From the NCBI GenBank assembly GCA_049679775.1, contig JBAUGO010000200.1:1-33747 (forward strand): a DNA stretch of 33,747 nt. Reading direction: 5' to 3'. Shown in pieces: positions 18,347 through 27,349 of this stretch; positions within the stretch are counted from its first letter, which is position 1, and each line of letters starts with the position of its first letter. A program made the position numbers and the translations under genes. Source of the DNA: Anderseniella sp. Lineage in GTDB: Bacteria > Pseudomonadota > Alphaproteobacteria > Rhizobiales > Aestuariivirgaceae. The notes under the pieces are model-generated. The model did no database searches. It had not been told where the DNA came from and saw only the letters and a program-made list of their open reading frames with translations.

Positions 18347-19603
18347 CTACAGCCCCCTACGCAAACGCTCAAGCAATCTTGCATCAGCATAGCCATCCGG
18401 TGTTTCACCAATGCGGTGCTGATACCTGCTGATGGCACTTCTCGTGCGTGGCCCGATATTGCCGGTCGTGCCACCGGTGTCAAAGCCGCGTTCACTGAGA
18501 AGTCTTTGCAATTCCTTGTTGTCAGAATGCGTCAACAACTTCATGTCGCGGGGCCATTGCGCCACAAACGGACCTTTTCCACGCAACCTGTCAGCCAGAT
18601 GAGCAACGGCCAGCGCGTAAGAGTTGGACCTGTTATACGCAAGGATCGCATCGAAATTGTCCGTCACCAGAAATGCAGGACCATGTCTGCCAACCGGCAG
18701 AAGCAATCTTGCCTGGGCACCAGCAACGCCAAAATTACCCCTATCAGCAGGTCGCACACCGAGTTTTGCCCAATCAGCAACACTTCTCATACCGTCCTTG
18801 CCTGCCATGCGATAGTTGAAGCGAGACGGAAGGGTTACTTCCCAGCCCCATGGAATGCCTTTCTTCCAACCGCGCTTTTTCAGGTAATTGGCCGTTGAAG
18901 CAAGCGCATCAGGAATGGAGTTCCAGATATCTCGTTTACCATCACCCGTCATGTCCACGGCATATGCGTTATACGTCAACGGTATAAATTGCGTGTGGCC
19001 CATCGCACCAGCCCATGACCCCTTGAACTCATTCAGCGCGATATCACCTGATTGAAGAATGTCCAGTGCACCCAATAATTGTTTGCGGCCATAGTCCTTG
19101 CGCCCGCCAGTAAAAGCCATCGTGGCGAGTGAACGCACTATGCTCATATTGCCGGTGTAGCTGCCATAATTGGTTTCCATGCCCCAGATAGCTGCCACCA
19201 CGTGACCGTCAACATCGAACCGCTGCTCCACCTCTTTGAGTGCGCGGGCATTTTCTGATACTTTGGCCTTGCCGCGTGAAATGCGATCTGCCGACACACG
19301 TTTTTCGATATATACCCAAATTGGAGTGACAAACTCCGCTTGCGATGATTGCTGATCATAAATACGCGGGTCTGGTGTCACACCGGCAAAAGCTGCCTGA
19401 TAGAGCTTTCGCGAAACACCATTTCGACGCGCCTGTGGCCACAGGTCTTCCACGAATTGATCAAAAGCAGCATTACGGCTGAGGCTTTCCAGCGCACCAA
19501 TATCCAGACTGCGCGAGGATGATGCATTGATTACCATGCCAAGACACAAGGCCAAAACAGCAGCAGACGCCCCGAAAATTGATTTTTTTTGTGTCATGCC
19601 CAT
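18347..19603 (-). CDS. Lytic murein transglycosylase (MltB/SLT_2 family) with C-terminal peptidoglycan-binding domain
   Basis: AIWGMETNYG (catalytic Glu), GSWAGAMGHTQF, EF-hand DMTGDGKRD, YNRSNSYALAV and PG-binding LQRLL...G.IGPRTR.AI..YQ. Start is approximate (AAGGAAG SD). Confidence 0.92.
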   Translation of the reverse strand: MGMTQKKSIFGASAAVLALCLGMVINASSSRSLDIGALESLSRNAAFDQFVEDLWPQARRNGVSRKLYQAAFAGVTPDPRIYDQQSSQAEFVTPIWVYIEKRVSADRISRGKAKVSENARALKEVEQRFDVDGHVVAAIWGMETNYGSYTGNMSIVRSLATMAFTGGRKDYGRKQLLGALDILQSGDIALNEFKGSWAGAMGHTQFIPLTYNAYAVDMTGDGKRDIWNSIPDALASTANYLKKRGWKKGIPWGWEVTLPSRFNYRMAGKDGMRSVADWAKLGVRPADRGNFGVAGAQARLLLPVGRHGPAFLVTDNFDAILAYNRSNSYALAVAHLADRLRGKGPFVAQWPRDMKLLTHSDNKELQRLLSERGFDTGGTTGNIGPRTRSAISRYQHRIGETPDGYADARLLERLRRGL

Positions 19604-19650
19604 CCGATTTAAACTTCCTTGCACTCAACCAATTCGCCCTAAAACTCAAT

Positions 19651-20637
19651 TCAACCGTTGCGCTGTTGCAAATGTTTTTCCCACGCAAAAGCTGTAGCAA
19701 CGATAAAATCCAGATCGGCGTGTTGTGGCTTCCAACCCAAAACCGAACGCGCTTTATCAGCATTCGCTACAATTTCGGCAGGATCACCGGCACGCCGGGG
19801 TGCATCACGAACATCAAATTCATGGCCAGCGGCACGCTCTACCGCCCCCACAACATCAAGGACTGAATAACCCTTGCCATAACCGCAATTGAACACCTGG
19901 CTTTCACCACCTTGGCGCAGATAACTCAATGCATCCACATGCGCCCTAACCAGATCCGAGACGTGAATGTAATCTCTAAGGCAGGTTCCATCATGGGTGT
20001 CGTAATCCTTGCCGAACACCTGCATGTGGTCGCGCTTGCCCAGCGCCGTTTCGCAGGCAACCTTGATCAGATGGGTCGCGCGCGGTGTTGACTGGCCGCT
20101 CCGGCCCTTGGGATCAGCGCCCGCAACATTGAAATATCTCAATGCGACATAATTCAGGTCATGCGCAAATGATGCATCCCGAAGCATCAATTCAGTCATG
20201 AGTTTTGAGGTGCCATAAGGAGAAATTGGAACAAGATCATCGCCTTCGCGCACAGGAACAGACTTCGGATTTCCGTATACCGCTGCGGTTGATGAAAAGA
20301 TGAAATTTGCAACACCACCTTTGACCGCGCTTTCTATCAGAGCACGGGATTTGACAGTATTGTTGAGGTAGTATCCCAACGGGTCTGTCACACTATCAGG
20401 GACAACAATGGAGCCCGCAAAGTGAATAATCGCATCGACAGCGTGGTCCTTGATAATGGACAAGGCGAGGTCCTGGTCTCCAATATCGCCCTCTACAAGC
20501 TTTGCCTGTGGAGCAATTGCCCAAGCCATGCCTGTGGACAAATTATCCAGAACCACAACATCATGGCCTGCATCACAAAGTGCCAGAACCATATGCGATC
20601 CGATATATCCTGCACCACCTGTTACCAGAATACTCAT
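19651..20637 (-). CDS. galE: UDP-glucose 4-epimerase
   Basis: Motifs ILVTGGAGYIGSH, FSSTAAVYG, Y.TSK, LRYFNVAGAD and RDYIHVSDL. Start ATG 20637 with AAGAAGG SD. Confidence 0.95.
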   Translation of the reverse strand: MSILVTGGAGYIGSHMVLALCDAGHDVVVLDNLSTGMAWAIAPQAKLVEGDIGDQDLALSIIKDHAVDAIIHFAGSIVVPDSVTDPLGYYLNNTVKSRALIESAVKGGVANFIFSSTAAVYGNPKSVPVREGDDLVPISPYGTSKLMTELMLRDASFAHDLNYVALRYFNVAGADPKGRSGQSTPRATHLIKVACETALGKRDHMQVFGKDYDTHDGTCLRDYIHVSDLVRAHVDALSYLRQGGESQVFNCGYGKGYSVLDVVGAVERAAGHEFDVRDAPRRAGDPAEIVANADKARSVLGWKPQHADLDFIVATAFAWEKHLQQRNG

Positions 20638-20789
20638 ACTAACCTTCTTGATCTTTGAGCTGCCATTTGGCAGGTACTCACAATTAAAATAAGGTTTGAT
20701 AGTGCCCAAAAAACCCAAACAAACCGTTTAGAAAGTTTTACCGTCTAGACATCAGTTTTATTGTTTTACCAAAAGGAAGTGTCTCTCCC

Positions 20790-21674
20790 ATGAGCAGGAA
20801 AATCAAAAAGGCAGTATTTCCGGTTGCTGGACTTGGAACCCGTTTTCTGCCCGCCACCAAGGCTGTGCCAAAGGAAATGCTCACAATCGTGGATCGTCCC
20901 GTTATCCAGTTGGCAGTAGATGAAGCCAGGGAGGCAGGCATAGAGCACTTCATTTTTGTGACCGGGCGCAATAAAGGCGTCATTGAAGATCATTTCGATA
21001 AGCAGTTCGAGCTTGAGGAAACGCTGAAAAGACGCGGGAAAACCAAGGAACTGGAACTACTAACCACTGACTTGCCAGGTGCGGGTCAGGCAAGTTTTAC
21101 CCGTCAGCAAGAGCCCCTTGGCCTTGGACATGCGGTGTGGTGCGCGCGTGAGCTGGTCGGCAATGAACCGTTCGCATTGCTGCTGCCTGATATGTTCATC
21201 CATGGCTCGCCTGGTTGTCTGTCGCAAATGATGAGTGTTTACGACAACCACGGTGGTAATGTCATCGCGGTTGAAGAAGTTGCTGAAGACCAGGTTCACA
21301 AGTATGGCGTTGTAGGTGTTGGTGATGACGCCGGCGATGGCTTCAAGATAACCTCAATGGTTGAAAAACCAGCAAGTAACGCTCCATCAAACTTAATAAT
21401 ATCGGGTCGCTACATTCTTCAACCAGAAATATTTGACCTGCTTGACAAGCAGACTGCCGGAGCCGGAGGAGAAATACAGCTCACTGACAGCATGCTGGCA
21501 CTGATGACTGAGCAGAGTTTTTATGGCTTGAAGTTCTCAGGCACGACTTATGATTGTGGCGACAAGGTTGGATTTCTTGCAGCAAATGTTGCTGTCGGAC
21601 TAACCCGCAATGACATTGCCCCGCAATTCAAACAGGCTTTACAAGCAATCCTTGCCAAGACTGGAGAGCTCTAG
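20790..21674 (+). CDS. galU: UTP--glucose-1-phosphate uridylyltransferase
   Basis: Motifs [40 protein letters not shown] and GGEIQLTD. Confidence 0.95.
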   Translation: MSRKIKKAVFPVAGLGTRFLPATKAVPKEMLTIVDRPVIQLAVDEAREAGIEHFIFVTGRNKGVIEDHFDKQFELEETLKRRGKTKELELLTTDLPGAGQASFTRQQEPLGLGHAVWCARELVGNEPFALLLPDMFIHGSPGCLSQMMSVYDNHGGNVIAVEEVAEDQVHKYGVVGVGDDAGDGFKITSMVEKPASNAPSNLIISGRYILQPEIFDLLDKQTAGAGGEIQLTDSMLALMTEQSFYGLKFSGTTYDCGDKVGFLAANVAVGLTRNDIAPQFKQALQAILAKTGEL

Positions 21675-21684
21675 GGTCAGGACC

Positions 21685-23256
21685 CTAGAGCTTGAATCTG
21701 GCACCAGAGCTCAGGCGATGCTCGTCGTATCCGCCTGCTTCACCAGGATCCTGCGAGGTGAATGTATAGCCGGCAATCAGCTCAATATTCGGGTTTATCG
21801 CATAAGCAACACCTAGACTGGTAGAAACGACAACTTCGTCCGACAGCCCACCAAAATCAGTATAACCCAATGAAACACCTGCCTCAGCAGCCAGATTATC
21901 CCGGAACTGATGCGCAATAGCCACTCCAGCAGACCAAGTTGTTGCACCTGAAACCAGTGGATCAGACGTTTCTTCAATCTGTGACAAGGCAGTAAACGTG
22001 ACCGATGTCAGATCACTCACATTCCAGTTCACGTTGGCATCCACACCGATCGCTTGTTGATTGGCAAGTGCAGCATCTTCGTAATCTCTGATTTCATAAC
22101 GCGCAGCAACCTCACCAGACCAGATGGAACCATCATTGAAGGTAACACCAGAGCGCACAATGATACCTTGCGAGTCGCGTCGCAATCCATTGCGATCAAC
22201 GCTTTCATTGTGAATGCGTGGTGAATATGTGACCTCAACAAAGGGCTGAACGGCTTCGGACATCTGATATCCCACCCTTAGCCCAACAGCAGGAGTGACA
22301 TAATCACGATCAGAATTCAGCTCTTCGCCAAGCCCAAGATCGACATTGCCAAAATTGAACCATGTTGCCGACCCAGTTAATTGAGCGATCACTCGATTAA
22401 ACTGGTGCGTCAGCCGGGCCGTAACATTATAGGCCTGATCATCGCGCAAACCTTGCGCAGTATCCGGTACTTCAAAATCGGCCGAATTGCTTTGTGATTG
22501 TCCAAAGCCTGCACTGACATCCAGGGTGGTTGTGGACCTGATGTCCAGCCTCCCATTTACGGCAAGCGAGAAATTATTGACATTTTGGGCGTCGAACTCG
22601 TTGTAAAAAACATGCTCACCTTCATAGGTGAAACCGATGGAATGACGTTCCCAATCACTCTGGAATGACAGTTTTGGCGCAAGACGCAACCCACCATCAT
22701 CAGGCCCATCACGCGATATCGATCCAACATTTGATGTATAGACGCCACCAACTTCAAGCTCTGGTAGCAAGATAAAATTACCGCGCCTGATGCCAATAGG
22801 TTGAAATTGATCAACCTGCTCAGCTCTCCTGCGCACCAGGTTCTCATCTTCCACTGGTGGTAAATTGCCGGTTGAAGCCAGAATTGACAGCCGCTCGCGC
22901 TCCCTTGCCTCGCGTGCAATGGAATCTTCACCACTATTGGCCAGTGCTGAGTTTGCCAGAGGATCAAGATCAGCCCCCCGATCAAATGCAGACCTTTGTG
23001 ATTGAGTCGTTGAACTTTGCGTTGTAGCGGAGGCCGTTAACGATCCATTGCTGATTGTCTGTTCGGAGTTGGTGCGATCATTACCTTGTCGGGATGTAAC
23101 CGGGACTCGCGGCTCCGAAAAAGGGTTCTCGATGGTTGTTGTCTGCAGCAAACCTTGTTCACCGCCAAAGGTACTGCGCAACTCTTGCGCTTCAGCAACA
23201 CCTGTCGCTACCATGAAGATTGCAAAGCAGCTGGTCGTTCTTTTTAAAACACGCAT
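21685..23256 (-). CDS. Outer-membrane beta-barrel protein with a long polar N-terminal extension
   Basis: Signal peptide ending AEA; a Ser/Thr/Gln-rich region; then amphipathic beta-strands from FQPIGIR.G.F.L.P to the C-terminal strand RLSSGARFKL. It resembles polysaccharide-associated barrels (BBP2/DUF2320-like). Confidence 0.8.
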   Translation of the reverse strand: MRVLKRTTSCFAIFMVATGVAEAQELRSTFGGEQGLLQTTTIENPFSEPRVPVTSRQGNDRTNSEQTISNGSLTASATTQSSTTQSQRSAFDRGADLDPLANSALANSGEDSIAREARERERLSILASTGNLPPVEDENLVRRRAEQVDQFQPIGIRRGNFILLPELEVGGVYTSNVGSISRDGPDDGGLRLAPKLSFQSDWERHSIGFTYEGEHVFYNEFDAQNVNNFSLAVNGRLDIRSTTTLDVSAGFGQSQSNSADFEVPDTAQGLRDDQAYNVTARLTHQFNRVIAQLTGSATWFNFGNVDLGLGEELNSDRDYVTPAVGLRVGYQMSEAVQPFVEVTYSPRIHNESVDRNGLRRDSQGIIVRSGVTFNDGSIWSGEVAARYEIRDYEDAALANQQAIGVDANVNWNVSDLTSVTFTALSQIEETSDPLVSGATTWSAGVAIAHQFRDNLAAEAGVSLGYTDFGGLSDEVVVSTSLGVAYAINPNIELIAGYTFTSQDPGEAGGYDEHRLSSGARFKL

Positions 23257-23308
23257 AACAATATCCAACGGGATGAATTAAATTTTCATCCGGGATACTG
23301 CACAGATT

Positions 23309-23327
23309 ATGGTTAACAGGAGGTCAA
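23309..23327 (-). promoter_or_regulatory. CtrA-type binding site upstream of the beta-barrel gene
   Basis: Minus strand TTGA-CCTCCTG-TTAACCAT is one mismatch from TTAA-N7-TTAAC and includes the TTAACCAT 8-mer. Confidence 0.55.
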
Positions 23328-23358
23328 AGAAGTGTGCCGACTATACCAGCTGAGATGC

Positions 23359-23805
23359 TCAAACCGGTTCACATAACAAAACCATGCCTGCGAGGCCTGT
23401 AATGCGCACCTTGGTACCAGCCGGTGTATCGACACCAGTCACTTTCCAAAAGGCATCATCAAACTGCACCTTGCCCTCGCCATTCACAATTGGCTCATGC
23501 AACACAACCGTCCGCCCCACAAATGAATTGATGCGTTGGTTCAGGTGAGGTTGATCAGATGTAAATTCACCACGCGACTTCATGTATTTGCGTCCCAGGA
23601 ACAGATACACAATGCCAAGCACCACAAAAAGAATGGCTTCAATATGCCAGTCAGTGACAAAAATGAGATCTATAATACCAACAGTCAGGGCAGCAAGACC
23701 GAGCCAAACCAGGAAAATACTCATCACCAGCAGTTCACTGACCAACAAAATGGCAGCAATAATCCACCAGGTCCAGCCTCCCATAAGCTCCATGAGTATA
23801 CCCAT
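23359..23805 (-). CDS. NfeD-family membrane protein (YbbJ-like)
   Basis: N-terminal TM helices (WTWWII...ELL...FLVWLG) and OB-fold LNQR...VGR...G.GKV..D..W. It lies directly downstream of the SPFH gene. Confidence 0.9.
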   Translation of the reverse strand: MGILMELMGGWTWWIIAAILLVSELLVMSIFLVWLGLAALTVGIIDLIFVTDWHIEAILFVVLGIVYLFLGRKYMKSRGEFTSDQPHLNQRINSFVGRTVVLHEPIVNGEGKVQFDDAFWKVTGVDTPAGTKVRITGLAGMVLLCEPV

Positions 23806-23822
23806 AGCCTTGCCCTGCCCTT

Positions 23823-24803
23823 TTAATTTTTGACTTTAGGCACGCTTCCGCGTTGCGCACTGCCACGCCCTTGAGCATAACCGCCACCTTCACCAAATGC
23901 TTCCTTGGCAATCTCGGCAACACCAGCAATTGAGCCGATGATGCTTGAAGCTTCAATCGGCATCATCAACAATTTCTGATTGGGCGATTTGGCAATTGAT
24001 TCCAGCGCTTTGATGTAATTGTTGGCGACAAAGTAGTTTACGGCCTGAACATCACCATCAGCAATGGCAGCAGACACCATACGCGTGGCGTTGGCTTCAG
24101 CTTCAGCAAGTCGCTCACGCGCCTCAGCGTCCCGGAAAGCAGCTTCCCTGCGGCCTTCAGCATCCAGGGTAATCGCCTGCTTTTCGCCTTCTGCTTTCAA
24201 AATTGCACTTTCACGCGCACCTTGTGCTTCCAGAATGGCAGCACGTTTGTCGCGTTCTGCCTTCATTTGTCGAGCCATTGAATCCACCAGATCACGAGGT
24301 GGGTTGATATCCTTGATTTCGATACGGGTCATTTTAACACCCCAGGGTGTAGTAGCCTGATCGACAACGCGAAGGATTGCATGGTTGATGTCATCGCGTT
24401 GCGACAACATGTTGTCGAGGTCCATGGAGCCCATGACTGTACGAATATTGGTCATTGTAATATTGAGGATGGCATTTTCCAGACGATTGACCTCGTAAGT
24501 CGCCTTGGCGGCATCGAGCACTTGATAGAAAGCAACACCATCAACCTGCACCATGGCGTTGTCCTTGGTGATGACTTCCTGGCTTGGCACTTCCAGGACT
24601 TGTTCCATCATGTTCATTTGCGAACCAATGCGGTCGATGAACGGGACAATAATGCCAAGGCCTGGCCCCAGTGTCTTGGTGTAACGTCCAAACCGCTCCA
24701 CGGTATATTGAAAACCCTGCGGAACGATCTTTATTGCCTTGAAGATAAAAATGACGCCAAGCGCCAGCAAGAGCAGTACAAAAATACTAAAGCCTTCAAG
24801 CAT
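23823..24803 (-). CDS. SPFH/stomatin-like protein (QmcA/YbbK-like)
   Basis: Motifs KIVPQG...VERFGRY, QEVITKDNA, RIEIKDI.PP and QMKAER.KRA.IL.A.G. Confidence 0.93.
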   Translation of the reverse strand: MLEGFSIFVLLLLALGVIFIFKAIKIVPQGFQYTVERFGRYTKTLGPGLGIIVPFIDRIGSQMNMMEQVLEVPSQEVITKDNAMVQVDGVAFYQVLDAAKATYEVNRLENAILNITMTNIRTVMGSMDLDNMLSQRDDINHAILRVVDQATTPWGVKMTRIEIKDINPPRDLVDSMARQMKAERDKRAAILEAQGARESAILKAEGEKQAITLDAEGRREAAFRDAEARERLAEAEANATRMVSAAIADGDVQAVNYFVANNYIKALESIAKSPNQKLLMMPIEASSIIGSIAGVAEIAKEAFGEGGGYAQGRGSAQRGSVPKVKN

Positions 24804-24915
24804 ATTAAAACCCTCGCATCAGCTGATTGATACCCAGGACAATATCTTGATTCGGCATAGACTTTCTAAGAATGAATTCATCAAGCTTAATCAATGGTCA
24901 ACATTGACCCACAGC

Positions 24916-25962
24916 TCAAACCCAGCCCAATAGCTCGCGATCAACAAGTTTTTTCAGCATTTTGATCGAGACATCGCTGTCATTGAGGCATGGGACAACC
25001 GAAAAGTTTTCGCCGCCATGCTCTTCAAAGCTTTCCTTGACCCCTATAGCGATCTCTTCAAGCGTTTCAACGCAATCTGATGAAAACCCAGGTGTGATAA
25101 CCACAATGTTTTTCACACCATCAGAGGCAAGCTTCTCGATTGTCTTGTCTGTATAGGGTTGCAGCCACTCCTCTGACCCAAAGCGGGACTGGAATGTTAT
25201 GATCAGATCGCCTTGTTGCATGCCCATTGCCTCTCGAAGCAATCGAGCTGTTTTGTGGCAATGGCAATGATAAGGATCACCGCGCAGGAGATACTTCTTT
25301 GGCAACCCATGAAACGAGGCGACGATTACTTCCGGCTTGAAAGTCAATGTCTTGATGTGAGCCTTGAGACTTGCTGCCAGGGCATCGATATAGGCTGGAT
25401 CATCATGGTAGGCAGGTACAGTTCGAATGGCTGGTTGCCATCGCATCGTCTTTAGCGCGTCATAGCACTTGTCCAGGGCTGTTGCCGAGGTGGTTGCAGA
25501 AAACTGCGGGTATAGCGGAAATAAAACAATCCTGTCGCAACCTTGTGATTTCAGCTGCTCAATCCTGTCTTTCACTGGCGGCAGACCGTATCTCATACCC
25601 CAGTCCACAACAATTCGTGGGTTGGACTTGAAGAGTTCGCCAAGTTTTTCAGCCTGGCTTCTGGTTATGGTCTTGAGCGGGGATTCACCCTTTTCATGAT
25701 TCCATATCTGCTCATAGGCATGACCGGATTTGGTCGGTCGAAACGTCAGGATAATCATGTTCAGGATAACCCACCACAAAGCCCTGTTGGCTTCGATGAC
25801 GCGAGGGTCAGACAAAAACTCCTTCAGGTAGCGCCGCATTGGCCAGTAGCTGGTACCTTCAGGGGTACCAAGGTTCATGATCAGCACACCTATCTTGCCG
25901 CCAATGACCGCAGGGTGATCTGCAGGCAGCATGTATGCGCGAGTATCTGGTTTGTCCAACAT
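24916..25962 (-). CDS. hemH: Ferrochelatase
   Basis: Motifs MNLGTP, YLKEFLSDPRV, PLYPQFS, SFHGLP, FQSRFG..WLQPYT and DCVETLEEI. Confidence 0.96.
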   Translation of the reverse strand: MLDKPDTRAYMLPADHPAVIGGKIGVLIMNLGTPEGTSYWPMRRYLKEFLSDPRVIEANRALWWVILNMIILTFRPTKSGHAYEQIWNHEKGESPLKTITRSQAEKLGELFKSNPRIVVDWGMRYGLPPVKDRIEQLKSQGCDRIVLFPLYPQFSATTSATALDKCYDALKTMRWQPAIRTVPAYHDDPAYIDALAASLKAHIKTLTFKPEVIVASFHGLPKKYLLRGDPYHCHCHKTARLLREAMGMQQGDLIITFQSRFGSEEWLQPYTDKTIEKLASDGVKNIVVITPGFSSDCVETLEEIAIGVKESFEEHGGENFSVVPCLNDSDVSIKMLKKLVDRELLGWV

Positions 25963-26018
25963 CGATGATTCACTTATTCTAGAGTACAAGAAGGCTACGT
26001 GGTTTTATGCTTTACAGA

Positions 26019-27254
26019 TCAGGTTGTCGCTGGTCTCTCATCAGATATCACTTTGCCATCATTGCTTAGTGATCCAATAGGCACAAGCTCCACCTGCCCA
26101 CGTACCTTGCAAATCTTTTGGAATGTGGCAGCAACCGCATCTCGCAAGGTATCATGAGCCGTTGCACTTTCAGCATGAAGAATCAAAGTATCTTGCTCAT
26201 TGGCACGCCCAACCACCAGTCTCAACCTACCAAGCTCAACATGCGCCTTGGCTATCTCGGCCACCTGGGAAGGGTGAACAAACATCCCCTTCACCTTGGT
26301 GGTTTGATCAGCTCTACCCATCCATCCCTTGATACGCACATTGGTGCGCCCACACGAACTTTGTCCCGGAAGTAGAGCTGACAAGTCACCGGTTCCAAAC
26401 CGGATCATCGGATAAGTCTTGTTGAAGTTCGTGACAACAACTTCACCCACTTCTCCCGGTTCCACCGGATCATTTGTTCCTGGCCTGACAATCTCCAGAA
26501 TGATGCCTTCATCAACGGTCATGCCTTCAAGGGCACAACTTTCATAGGCAATCACACCAACATCGGCCGTTGCATAGCATTGAAAGACCTTGACGCCGCG
26601 GTTTGAGTATTCCTCCCGCAAACTCGGGAACAAGGCACCACCTGACACCAGTGCGCGCTTGATGGATGATACATCACGACCTGCTTCAGCTGCCTTGTCT
26701 TGCAGTATTTTCAGAAAATCCGGAGTGCCGGTAAAAGCGGAGGGTTTAAGTTTTTCGACTGCATCAAGTTGAAGCTCGGTATTGCCAATCCCTGCCGGTA
26801 CCACTGCACAACCGAGCGCTCGAGCACCTTCATCCAGAATGAACCCACCTGGCGTCAGGTGATACGAGAAACAGTTATAGACTATATCTCCAGACCTGAA
26901 GCCGGCAGCATGAAGCGCGCGCGCACCGCGCCAAGGATCCGGCGATAACCCCATGGGTTCAAAAATTGGTCCAGGTGACATGAACAATCTGCCCCATTGA
27001 TCAGGACCACCTGGTGCAAAACCACCCAATGGCGGATCCTCATGTTGCAAGTCTTTGAGATCGCTCTTGCGAAGCACAGGCAACCGGGCAAATGCCTGTC
27101 TGGTTGTGATGTCACCAGCAGATATCTGACCCAAATGTCGTTTCCAACCAGGCGCAGTCAAGGCAAGGGCAATCTGCTCCGGCAGCATTGCAAACAGTTG
27201 ATCTTCCCGATCCTGCGGGTCACGGGTCTCAAGATTATCGTAAAAGCTTTCCAT
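26019..27254 (-). CDS. Phenylacetate-CoA ligase (PaaK)-family acyl-CoA ligase, substrate unknown
   Basis: Motifs FMSPGPIFEP, FSYHLTPGG, YATADVG, YPMIRFGTGDLS and GRADQTTKVKGMFVHP. Confidence 0.88.
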   Translation of the reverse strand: MESFYDNLETRDPQDREDQLFAMLPEQIALALTAPGWKRHLGQISAGDITTRQAFARLPVLRKSDLKDLQHEDPPLGGFAPGGPDQWGRLFMSPGPIFEPMGLSPDPWRGARALHAAGFRSGDIVYNCFSYHLTPGGFILDEGARALGCAVVPAGIGNTELQLDAVEKLKPSAFTGTPDFLKILQDKAAEAGRDVSSIKRALVSGGALFPSLREEYSNRGVKVFQCYATADVGVIAYESCALEGMTVDEGIILEIVRPGTNDPVEPGEVGEVVVTNFNKTYPMIRFGTGDLSALLPGQSSCGRTNVRIKGWMGRADQTTKVKGMFVHPSQVAEIAKAHVELGRLRLVVGRANEQDTLILHAESATAHDTLRDAVAATFQKICKVRGQVELVPIGSLSNDGKVISDERPATT

Positions 27255-27349
27255 AGCGTAAGTATCCAATTTGCTTGATTTGACTAACACACCAACAACC
27301 CGAACGTGCTAAATATTCAATCGCTCAACTTTTAAGTCCCGAATGCTGG

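Noticed and set aside
24866..24909. Short palindromes (ATGAATTCAT, GGTCAA/TTGACC) as FNR/FixK boxes between hemH and the SPFH gene
   Set aside because: Neither fits TTGAT-N4-ATCAA spacing and sequence.
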